A stretch of DNA of 20,000 bases from positions 58,429-78,428 of the forward strand of contig MU271378.1 in the NCBI GenBank assembly GCA_021432655.1, written 5' to 3'. The translations under genes were made by a program, and so were the position numbers. This document shows positions 10,611 through 20,000 of the stretch, piece after piece. Origin of the DNA: Atractiella rhizophila (Eukaryota). How positions within the stretch are numbered: position 1 is the stretch's first letter; every line of letters begins with the position of its first letter. Below the pieces are notes generated by a model. The model did no database searches, was not told the DNA's origin, and saw nothing but the letters and a program-made list of their open reading frames with translations.

Positions 10611-10799
10611 GATCTAAAGCTTTACAGTGGAAAGACGGGTTGGGATACCAGCGATGTTGGTGGTTGGTTTTATCTCCTGCTCATCGCCGCAGCACTTTCC
10701 GCAGCGAAGCAACGCAGCAAAGTCCCAAGTTGACCAAGACGAACAACGGCAAAAGGAAGGAAAAAAATAAAAAAGAATGAGTAAGAACAAGATGATCCA

Positions 10800-13327
10800 C
10801 TAATTCTTCTGCTTTTTACGAGCAGGAGCTTCATCCGAGTCTGAATCAGCCTTCTTGTTCTTCTTCGAGGTCTTCGGTGGCGATTCATTATCGCTCATAG
10901 CAGCGTCCGAAGAGTCAGAAGAGCCACTAGGTATGCCAATCATGAGCGACTATCGGTAAGAATGCAGCGATTGGACCAACCCTTGATAATTCTCGTCGAA
11001 TTCTTCGTTAACATCAGACTCATCTGAATCAGCTTTAAAGTCCTCATCTTCCTCTGTACAGGGCATGCATGAGTATTTGCCGTCCAGTCCAAAAGGGAAA
11101 GCCAACCGTCGCTATCTTCATCTGCATTGACCCGTGCAGGAGCAGAGTCGCTTCCCATGTCTTCATCCTCATCATCCAAAAGCGCGGCAGCCATAGCAGC
11201 GGAGGCAGCACCAGCGTCCTCTGCCATTTCATTCTTGACCTTGATATTTTTACCTCTCAGGTGGTCCTCGATTTCTAACCTATGTTGAGCATTACAATTC
11301 GAAACTAACGGCCACTTACGTTGCTTCTCATCTTTGGAAACATTCGAGAATGTCGTTGGAGCAGACGCATTCCTCATGTGAATTTGCAGGTCGAAGGTTT
11401 TTGAGGATTGCATTACTCCTCCGACCCTATTCAACTCTCAGATCTAGTCAAAAACCGCGTGATGAAACAAACCTAGAGAAGTGAACCGACGCAATGTCCG
11501 TATGAGGAACATTCATGGGCTGCTTAGAGATGAAGAGCATCGATTTATCCAGGAAATAGAGCTGTCCTTCATTCGCCTTGAGATGACACTTAACAGCTGC
11601 CTGACCATCACGACTGCCAATCCCTTCAGCATCAAATGTGTAAAAGAGGGAAATAAGAACCTCTGGAAAGAGTTGCCCGTTGTTGTGATCTTCTTCCCGG
11701 TAAGAACCTTGAGAAGCGTAGAGACAACCTCATGAGCCTTCTTCTGATAGTTCTTCTGCAATAATCCATTGTACTTCTCCTTGAGGTCCTCCCTGGGCAA
11801 CATACAGATCAGCTTTACGGTTGTGTCCATGGGGTACAATCGACTGACTCGCTCAGGTTCAGAGATGCCTCCATCTCGTCTGCTTCTGCAAACTGCATCA
11901 CTAGATATGGATAACGGGTCTGACCTTGCCGAATTGGTGGATCAAGGTTGACCTATGGAAACCAGTCAGAATGTGGGATATAAAAGGACGACGACATACC
12001 ACTAGCTGAACGTGGATTCCATCCGGCTTCGGCAAGAGGTATACCTTCTTGACGGACGAATAGAGGATCTTATAATCGTAAGTCTTCCCTCTTGTCCGCA
12101 GGAAGTTGGAGCATAGGTCGATATCAAACCGCCCTCTGCAAGCCAACGTATCAGACACGTACCCCACCTCTCAGCACTGAGAGCGAAGGAGTCCTACCTA
12201 GGTGTAAGGCACAGAATGTCAGGTAAAGTGACGATTCCCTCTCCTGTCACCCTCCCAATTTCCGCTCGATCCTTGATCAAATCATGGAAAGTCTGCGCGG
12301 CAGAAAGCTCTTCTCCATCTTCTTGCTCCTCATTATCCGACCCTTCTGTTCCACCAGCTTCCGAGCCTTCTCGCTTTTTCTTTGATGTTCCAGGAATGAA
12401 AAAGCGTATCTCGACACTTTCGACACAATGTCAATGTCAGCTTCCGCCATCCATGAACAGGTGGTGGTAACGTACATCTCATCCGGCGCCTTTCTCGATT
12501 TCTTTTTCCCCTTTGCATCCCCATTTGCAACAGGCTCGTCATTGGCAAATTCAATCGTTACTTCCTGTTTTGCAATAGAAGTATTGTGAACTTGCTCAAT
12601 CGGAATTTCGAACGCAAGTCGTTGACCAGAATGGTAGAACGCAATGTCCGAAGCTAAATTCGTGATAGGAATTAAGACTCGACACAATGATCCTAAGGGC
12701 AAAAGAGCATAACTCACATTCGACCTCCACATTCCCCCAGTTCCAACCACGGGCTGAAAACTCACGAACTTCGATAGGTAGATCGAAACATTGCCGCGTT
12801 AGGTTCTGGAGCTTGTCATAGTCCTGAGGCACGACAAAGGGGTCAACCTTGGGGAGAACTGAAAGAGCAGGATCAAACCTCAGCCTTGAACCCGTCAAAC
12901 GTATCTCGCCTCTTTCCTTTCTCACCTTTCAGACCTACACGGAGTTGGAAATTCCGTGCAACCCTATCGCAAAAAGAATTAGTTGAGTGCCACTGCCAAT
13001 CAAATGGCGAAGGGCGATGGGAACGATGCGCCAAAGGGCGTTAGAGCTCAACGCGTCCAATGAGGGACAACGTCTTCCGTCCAACCGAGCCTTCATGAGG
13101 AGGACGCACCTGAGCCATTGAAACCACTTTATGTCACTACTACCAATATAATAAATGGCTTTTCCGTCTCCCTCGTCCTCATTAGGCTTCCAACCAAAAC
13201 CTGAATTGGCGATTTTGAGCTCTATTTTGGACTGACTTAGTCTCCGTTTCGGGTGAACAAAGGGAATATACGTACTCCCTAGCTCCGCTGAGAGACCGTG
13301 ATAGATATTTTCAAAGCCAGAAGCCAT
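10800..13327 (-). CDS. POB3: FACT complex subunit Pob3 (SSRP1 homologue without an HMG box), 579 aa, 14 exons. Introns 13222-13275, 12964-13109, 12824-12878, 12654-12717, 12417-12475, 12136-12197, 11953-11999, 11793-11848, 11614-11660, 11427-11472, 11275-11319, 11054-11106, 10927-10980
   Basis: Motifs [78 protein letters not shown] and KTFDL. Acidic C-terminus with basic NLS-like end (ARKKQKN). All 13 introns are phase-consistent. Confidence 0.96.
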
Positions 13328-13468
13328 ATTAGACGAGAGCCTAAGAGACGCGAAGCGCGACTTGGTGGATGAGTTGGTTTGGCAGTATTTGTCCGTTTGG
13401 AGTCATTGATTGCTGATCCAACTTTTTTGTAGCCTCAGGTGTGTGAGGCTGCTCGAAGATCAAGAGAG

Positions 13469-13805
13469 ATGGGCAGAACAAAAGGCAGCAAGACCAATCG
13501 TAAGCTTACCTTTGCCCGTGATGTAGCACTGTTCAACCAAAACCGCAGGCGATCTTGCACGGGAAGTTCCTCTTCCCAACCTCACGGCAGATCCTCAGCC
13601 ATCCTTACTTTCCCTCTCCAATCCCGCATCAGCACCAGAGCCACGAAAGAAGGAGAAACCCAAGTCCTTCTCTACCGCAATGTCGAAGCGGAAAAGAACA
13701 GAGAAGGAAAAGGGAATCGAGCATGCACAGAAATTGGAGATGAAGAAGGAGAAGAAAGTCGGGAAGAGGGAGGGAAGGAAGAAGGCTAAGACCGTTTGGG
13801 ACTAG
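13469..13805 (+). CDS. Small lysine-rich protein, 95 aa, resembling Alb1/Ecm1-type pre-60S factors. Exons 13469-13499, 13549-13805
   Basis: A clean GTAAGC...GCAG intron (13500-13548) gives MGRTKGSKTNRDLAREVPLPNL...MSKRKRTEKEKGIEHAQKLEMKKEKKVGKREGRKKAKTVWD*. This frame is not in the ORF track. The family call rests only on the basic helix and near-terminal Trp pattern, so it is tentative. Confidence 0.65.
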
Positions 13806-14257
13806 ATCAAGCTTACAAGGACTAGAGGTGTGTGGTGCCATCCCGATGATTGAACTTGGGACGGATAATGTATGTGTGGTAAAACGCTGTGCCAGTGTCC
13901 AGAGCCATTCTGGTTTCCACAATGTAAATCCTTTGCAGGTGCGAACCTTGGTACGGGAAGTGTCATTTCTTGCACCATAAACCGCCCCATGTTAGCGACC
14001 ATGAGGCTCCTGTAGGATCTTTCCTCTGCATTTAGTTTCCAAAAGACAATGTTGATAACATAAGGCATAAGAAATGATTTTATGCAGCCTAAGCGTTGCC
14101 TTCCTTGTTCTGCTCTTCAATTGTTGGAACATTTTCAGGGAAACACGGAACAACTGCCGAGGCAATCAGCCTTGTAAGTGATGCCGATGATTTATTATAC
14201 AAGACGATACTCATTACACACTACCAGTAACTCATAACCTAACAAGTAGTACGAAGG

Positions 14258-15696
14258 TCAAATCGCTTGATTCGCCTCTTTCTCCCTCTTCTCCCTCCTC
14301 TCCTTGGCTAACCTCTTCATCTCCTCCACCTTACTCTCATTGTTCCTCTTTTGCAACTTAACTTTGACCTCTTCTGTCTCCTCCTCCTCCTTCTTTCTCT
14401 TGTTCTCTTCCCATTCCAACAATTGCTTTTGTGCCATCTGACTCAGCCTCTGCCTGGCAGCCCTCCCCCTCAGCGCCGCTGACAACTCGCCCTCGTCGAG
14501 TTCTGCCGCACCTCCTTCCTGTGCTCTTGCTTTGTTACGTTCGGCTATTGTCTTCGAGAACGTCGACGGTCGCTTTGATGAAGAGGTTCCCCCAGCACGA
14601 CCAAGATTCAAGCCGCCAGCCAACATATCGCGTTTATCAATAATCTCCCCAGATTCGTTCGTCTCGATTTTACGGCCTAACTCTTTGGAAGCAGCAGCGG
14701 CGATCTGTTCTTCCGTTAACTCTTTCTCCTCCTCCAAGGGGACTTCATCTGATTTCGCCTTTCCGGCTGCAGCATCGGCAGCGGCCATAGCTGCAGCGTG
14801 TTCATCCTCTTTCCCGCCAAGATATTTTGCGTAAAATCGTTGACTCCCTGAAATTCCAAGAGCAGCATTCCGAGCTAATACCACCATTCTCAACCTTGCG
14901 TGAACTCTAGATGGAAACGTGATAACGAACCTTCCTTCTGCTTCTCCTCCTCTTCAGCCTTCTCCATCTCCTCACGAAGTTTGAGATAGGCAGGTGTCAC
15001 GAACGCATCCTTCTCGCTAAATGCTCCTCCTTCCTTTTCGCGCTCACGCTGAAGCATTTTGTCCTCCGCACGTAAACGATCAATCTTGCGTTTTTCTGCA
15101 GCATCCACAAGGGCTTGTGCATATTTCGGCTAGAGTATTACCAAAATCAGTATCATTCTCAAACGAATTGAAGCCGCAAGCACCGAGAAACGCCCTTCGT
15201 GCGCTCCTCAAGCACCTCCCACGCTCAGTTCTGAAAATAAGTTGGGAAGCAGATAGCAACCTGTGGTGCAATAATATGAGCAGCACCTGCAGCTTGTCTC
15301 CTACGCATTGTAGCACTGCAGGGTAATGCAATGTTGCAAACAGAAGGTCACACCAAACCTGACTTCTAAGGATTTGTGAAGTTTACTCACCCCACCTTCT
15401 TTCAAGCTCTTTTCCTTCGCCTCCTTTTGCTTCGCAATAGCCTCCTTCATGTCATCGTAAACCTCGTCATACTTGAACACATTCGAGTCAATCTCCTCTG
15501 CTTCCTTCTGTCGCTTAGCTGTAATTCGAGAGAGGACTTGAGGAGCAGGCGCTTTGCTAGAAGTTGTTGCTTTAGAGGTTGATGCCTGAGGTCCAGATTC
15601 TTCCTCTTCCACATCAAATGCTGAAGACTTGGTAGCTCCCACAACTGGTTTTGAAAGATGTGATTTCTTCGTTTGAGCTTTGAATGCAACTTTCAT
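14258..15696 (-). CDS. NSRP1: NSRP1/CCDC55-like (DUF2040) coiled-coil splicing-related protein, ~373 aa. Exons 15696-15391, 15129-14931, 14874-14258
   Basis: Motifs DSNVFKYDEVYDDMK, PKYAQALVDAAEKRKID and LQREREKEGGAFSEKDAFVTPAY, with a charged coiled-coil C-terminus. Introns 15130-15390 (261 nt) and 14875-14930 are phase-consistent. Confidence 0.85.
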
Positions 15697-15900
15697 AATC
15701 ACTGCACCTGCGTCCACTGGTAAAGACTCTTCAAAACGGGTTCGAGGCGTTCAAGATAAGGTTACCGATCGGCTCCAAAACAGGAAGCTGCTGACAACGA
15801 TATCTGAAGATGTTAAAATCGTCGTCCCATTAGCGCACGTACGCATCATAGAGTAGCTGCTCGAATTTGACGCTTGTTGATCGTACCTGGAAGCTCTACT

Positions 15901-17137
15901 ATGCCTTTTGGACAAGTTGTTATCGGGCCACCCGGCGCTGGCAAGTCGACGTACTGTCATGGGATGCATCAGGTAAGTAGAATTGTGATGGTATTTCACC
16001 CCTAAAGTCGAAACACAGTTTCTTTCAGCACTTCATCGCCCAGTGACTATCGTCAACCTCGATCCAGCAAACGAAATCTTACCTTATCCATGCGATTTAT
16101 CAATATCCGAACTCATAACTCTGCCAGAAGTCATGCAAGAATTTGGTTTGGGTCCTAACGGGTCAATGCTCTACTGCATGGAGTTCCTTGAAAAGAATTT
16201 CGACTGGCTTGAGGACGGCCTAAATCGTATTCTTACAAAAGATGGCAAACACAAAGAAGACGGTTACGTTATTTTCGACGTCGCTGGTCAAGTCGAGTTG
16301 AGCACGAACCACGATAGTTTGAAGCATATTATCGAACGCCTTGGGAAGTTGGGGTACAGAGTAAGCGCTTACAGAAACTTCGTTGTTCGCTCTGACGGAT
16401 GCTGGGGAAAGCTAAGCTAGCTGCAGTGAACTTAAACGATGCTCATTACGTTACGGACGCGTCGAAATACGTCTCTGTCGTTCTTCTCTCCCTACGAACC
16501 ATGCTCCACCTTGAGCTCCCACACGTCAATGTCCTCTCCAAGATCGATTTGGTAGCCGCATACGGAGAGTTACGTGTGTTTTCTCTCTTTGTTAACGGCT
16601 GGCTGAACGGCTGAATATTCTGACGGGTGAGGAAGCGTTCAACCTTGAGTTCTACACTGAGGTCCAAGACCTGTCATACTTACGTTACGAACTGGAGAAG
16701 GACACACGACTATCTAAATATTCGGAGCTGAATCGAACATTCTGCGATCTGATCGAGGATTTCTCACTCGTCGGATTTGAAACTCTTTGTGTGGAGGTGA
16801 GTTCCCAGCCCTCAAAACGTCCCTTTCGTTCCAGCTCGTTTTGCCGTCGCTTATCCCAATTTAGGACAAGAAATCGATGCTGAGGCTTCTGCGTGTGGTA
16901 GATCAAGCTCTAGGATATGTTTCGCCACCGCACAACACACATCTGGAAGGAGAAGATCATCATCACTCTCACTTTTCTTCGGTCGGCATGGATCCGGCAG
17001 ACTTCTTGTACAATCAAGAAGTTCAAGAGAAGTGGGTGGACTATCCAGACGTTTATCGAGCCCAGGAAATGAAGGAGTGGCGAGAGGAAGGTGCCAGAGC
17101 ACAGATGGAAGAGACACAGTCGAGGACACAAGTTTGA
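15901..17137 (+). CDS. GPN2: GPN-loop GTPase 2, 334 aa. Exons 15901-15972, 16019-16360, 16417-16573, 16636-16796, 16865-17137
   Basis: MPFGQVVIGPPGAGKSTYC P-loop, VNLDPAN, LGPNG, FDVAGQVEL, LELPHVNVLSKIDL and LPFNLEFYTEVQDLSYL. Four phase-consistent introns. Confidence 0.95.
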
Positions 17138-17385
17138 CGCGTCTGACCAGTGCGACCGATTGATCGATGATCTTCGCGACGCATCTCGAGTTGACCTGGG
17201 GTTGCTCAAATGAGTGCATTGACGGTTATGGGGCTGAAATGATGTAGAAGCTCAGCTCAAAGCTTTAACACGTTAGTTGCGAAAGCCCTGGTCGATCCCT
17301 GTGGCGTTAGTACCCATTCTTCCATCATTCTCCGTCCCCAATATCGTGCGTTTCCATTCCGGATCCCAGTCGAATCCCATTTCAG

Positions 17386-17840
17386 ATCGTAGATTTAAGT
17401 CAGCCAGAACCAATTAAGTTGTTCCCGGCTCTGGAAACGCAATTTTCGTCCACAGTCGGAGGAGCAGGTGAGCCACGCGTTGTTCTACAACCATCCATTT
17501 GTTCCAAATATTTGAAAATTTTTCGCTTGCCACTCTGCTTCAAGTTGCCATAACTATGCTCCAGCTGGAAGTGTGTGATGGTCATTCAGACATTCACAGG
17601 TCAGGAGCTTTCCCCGACCCCACTACAACTGTAGTATTGGTAAGATTCCAAGCGGGGATCATCGACCTGCCCCTGACATTGGGAAAGACCCTCAAAATTT
17701 CCACTTTCCGAACTTTTCCTCCGAATTATGATGGAAGCTTCTTCAATCCCACTTGCATTCAAACGCTGAAAACGGCCTGGTCTGCCCTAAACAATCTCCA
17801 ACTTCTTCCCCAACCTGGAGAAACAGGCGACGACTACTGA
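17386..17840 (+). CDS. Possible spliced hypothetical ORF or gene relic. Exons ~17386-17467 and 17545-17840; no start codon found
   Basis: A GTGAGC...CAAG intron-like segment (17468-17544) joins an upstream open frame (IVDLSQPEPIKLFPALE...) in phase to ORF 17499-17840. No recognisable motif. Confidence 0.22.
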
Positions 17841-18038
17841 CGAGTGCCGGGGCTTGGAGACATTCAAATAACAAGGTCTGGAAGCATTCTATTCAATCTG
17901 CCCTGAGATTAACGCAATGGATCTCAGATTCGCTAGCGACTGATTCAAATGTAAACGAAAAATCGTGAAGTCACGGGGACAATAAAAGGACGACCCCAGG
18001 TCGCGCTTCTTCAAGTGGAAGAGGTGGCGAAATCAAGC

Positions 18039-19222
18039 ATGTTTCCTACCCCTCCCTATGTTACGAGGTCTTCTTCAGAAAAGGAGACGCTAGTCAGAGC
18101 TCTCACCTTCCTTGGCCTGCAAGAGGCATTGCCGTTGTGAGTCTAACTTTCTGTGCCCAATTCACGAACATTGAGGATTGAGGATCTAATCTTTTCACAG
18201 TCTGGAGCACAGCAGATTTACCACGGTCAAGTGCGTCTCCCTTTCACGGAAGGCATCTAATTTATATTGCATAATAATAGGTCCATTTTGAACATTCGAG
18301 ACCAAGACCTGCAAGAGCTGGGAATGGCGTATGAGTTGAGGATGCTACTATTAACGGCGCTCGGGAAGAAAGCGGAAAGCTCATCCGACATGACTCCACA
18401 AGACGGAACGAATCAACCAGAGCACCCGTCACCTTCGTCGGACGCCACGGGGAGCAGCAGCGACAAAAGTGCTCCATCTAGAACAGGACAAGGTGAAGCG
18501 CCCCAACTCATCCTCGTTTCCATGCACCTGACCCATTAAACAGTGAAACCGAAGAGGAAGTATGTTTTGCATCCCAAGCCGGATGTCCTGGCTCCAAAGC
18601 GACCACCGAATGCTTTCACAATGTGGGTACAGAATGTCGTGCTCTCTGAATAAGGCGTCACTGACTGCGTTCATTAGGTTCGCGAATAGCATCAGAAAGG
18701 AACTTATGGATCAGGGCTACTCATTTACAGATGTCAGTAGAACGGCCGGGGATCGTTGGGCAAGTAGAGAGATGGTCACTATGCGAGCTGTACGTCTCCT
18801 GTCCTTCACGTACAACGATGACGGTCTGAAAATAACAAAATAATTGTAGGAAATTGAAAAGAAGGCCGCCGCCGCTCTTCAAGAGTACCACCGCAAAAAA
18901 GCTGCCTATCAGCTTACGCCCGAATACCGAGTAGGTTAACCAACTTTTGTCAGAGTTGGACTCATTTTCTGCGTGTTTCAAGGAATATCAAGCCTACCTG
19001 GTTGCGTTTGAGAAGAATCCCAAAACGGCGGTTCTTCGAAGTCGGAGCCAGCCAGTCCCCTCCGCCAGCGACGACGAACTGGGTCCCACACCCAGCGGCC
19101 TGCTTCTCTTCCCGAATCCTTTCCACACATCCCTTCTGGGAGAAGGTTTACGATCGATCATCAGTTTCATCAACCATCAAACGTCTCGAACAGCAACCAG
19201 TACGATGTCTATCCAACAATGA
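18039..19222 (+). CDS. SAM-domain + HMG-box DNA-binding protein, ~283 aa. Exons 18039-18136, 18201-18230, 18281-18492, 18544-18622, 18678-18789, 18850-18930, 18983-19222 (3' end uncertain)
   Basis: N-terminal SAM-like LVRALTFLGLQEALPFLE...ILNIRDQDLQELGMAYELRMLLLTAL. HMG box KRKYVLHPKPDVLAPKRPPNAFTMFANSIRKEL...SFTDVSRTAGDRW...YQLTPEYREYQAYLVAF. Six phase-consistent introns. Confidence 0.85.
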
Positions 19223-19725
19223 TTCCTCATTCTCATTCGCTCCCGCTGTCGTCTTCCAGTCGCAAGGGCAAGGGCCTTGCTGGAGAGACGTCCGCGAGAA
19301 CATGGAGATTACCCTCTTGACATCGCCTTCCGATGATAGAGTTGAAAGAACACGAACATTGAACACTGAATATTTGCACAATAATACATTCTTCTGTCAT
19401 CTGTCCTTTAGTATTTGGTCTCTATATCCAATTTACAATTCGTCCTGCAGCTTGTCGGACTTCAAAGAAGTTTTATTATCATCTCAAATCGACGATCTAC
19501 CCGGTGCTTTTTCAATCGCATTTCGTGGTTTTGTCTCATTTATGAACTCTAAAGCAGTGGACCTGTTTATACATCTGCAGTTGTAATTGCGACGATTCTG
19601 TGCATTCGTTCTAACTAGATCTAGGGGCTTCATGCTTCATGGCCAAAAGTTTTAAGGAATGGAGACTACCGCTGGACCACTTCGCGAACATGAATATCGC
19701 GGACTCACCAGCACCACCAACTCAA

Positions 19726-20000
19726 GCTTTAACATACTGTAGCTGAAAATCAGACCGGTGAAGCACTAAGGACTTTGGCAAGGATGACTGACCTCAATGG
19801 AACATGATAGCAAATCAAAACTGCATCCCCATAGTATAAGCAGAAGTAGATGTAAGATTAGAGTCAACGTTTTGCGGCTCCATCTTCTAGCGGCTAGGTT
19901 ACCACAGAGGCAGAGCAATGTTGTAGCATCCCATGTGAACGGGCGAATCCAGGGCTTTCCACTAACTTTCAGCCCCACGTCACCGTTCTTTCGTCCATCT
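19726..20000 (-). CDS. Possible 3' fragment of a hypothetical gene entering from the right edge
   Basis: A minus frame is open from the window edge, with a hydrophobic stretch (LTLILHLLLLILWG), a GTCAGT donor near 19792 and a TTTTCAG acceptor near 19744. No family motif. Confidence 0.2.

Noticed and set aside
13802..14068. Minus-strand ORFs of 88-97 aa in and near the gap between convergent genes
   Set aside because: No motifs or splice support. The region is best explained as the 3' UTRs of the two convergent genes.
15124..15185. TPP-riboswitch-like words (GGTGC...TGAGA...ATAC...TGAT...GGTAATAC) at the 3' end of the long NSRP1 intron
   Set aside because: The P2 3' strand and J2/4 junction are missing, CTGAT is explained as the branch point, and the host is not a thiamine gene. 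An Rfam TPP cmsearch would settle it.
17135..17186. TGA-C stop followed by a hairpin in GPN2, suggesting readthrough or selenocysteine recoding
   Set aside because: Another in-frame TGA follows after two codons, and no SECIS core is evident.

Overview
Compact, intron-rich fungal genomic DNA, probably basidiomycete (inferred from gene content and the dense 45-68 nt introns). The ORF track is fragmented by splicing, so I rebuilt gene models by hand and checked splice phase. Eleven genes are supported: a secreted AA12-type PQQ-dependent sugar dehydrogenase (truncated at the left edge), a class I SAM methyltransferase, a secreted Egh16/GAS1 (DUF3129) protein with a long NTAGxA repeat tail, MDM31, CYB5, COF1, POB3, a small basic Alb1/Ecm1-like protein, an NSRP1/CCDC55 (DUF2040) protein, GPN2 and a SAM+HMG-box factor. 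I saw no mobile elements, CRISPR arrays, rRNA or tRNA. The most interesting signal is the DUF3129 protein, which has an LPMO-like His1/His89/Phe-x-x-Cys arrangement and lies two genes from the AA12 dehydrogenase. Next are an unusually long, structured intron with a possible poison acceptor in the NSRP1-like gene, a GC-AG intron, and an apparent excess of AAG acceptors. Family assignments come from recalled motifs, not database searches.
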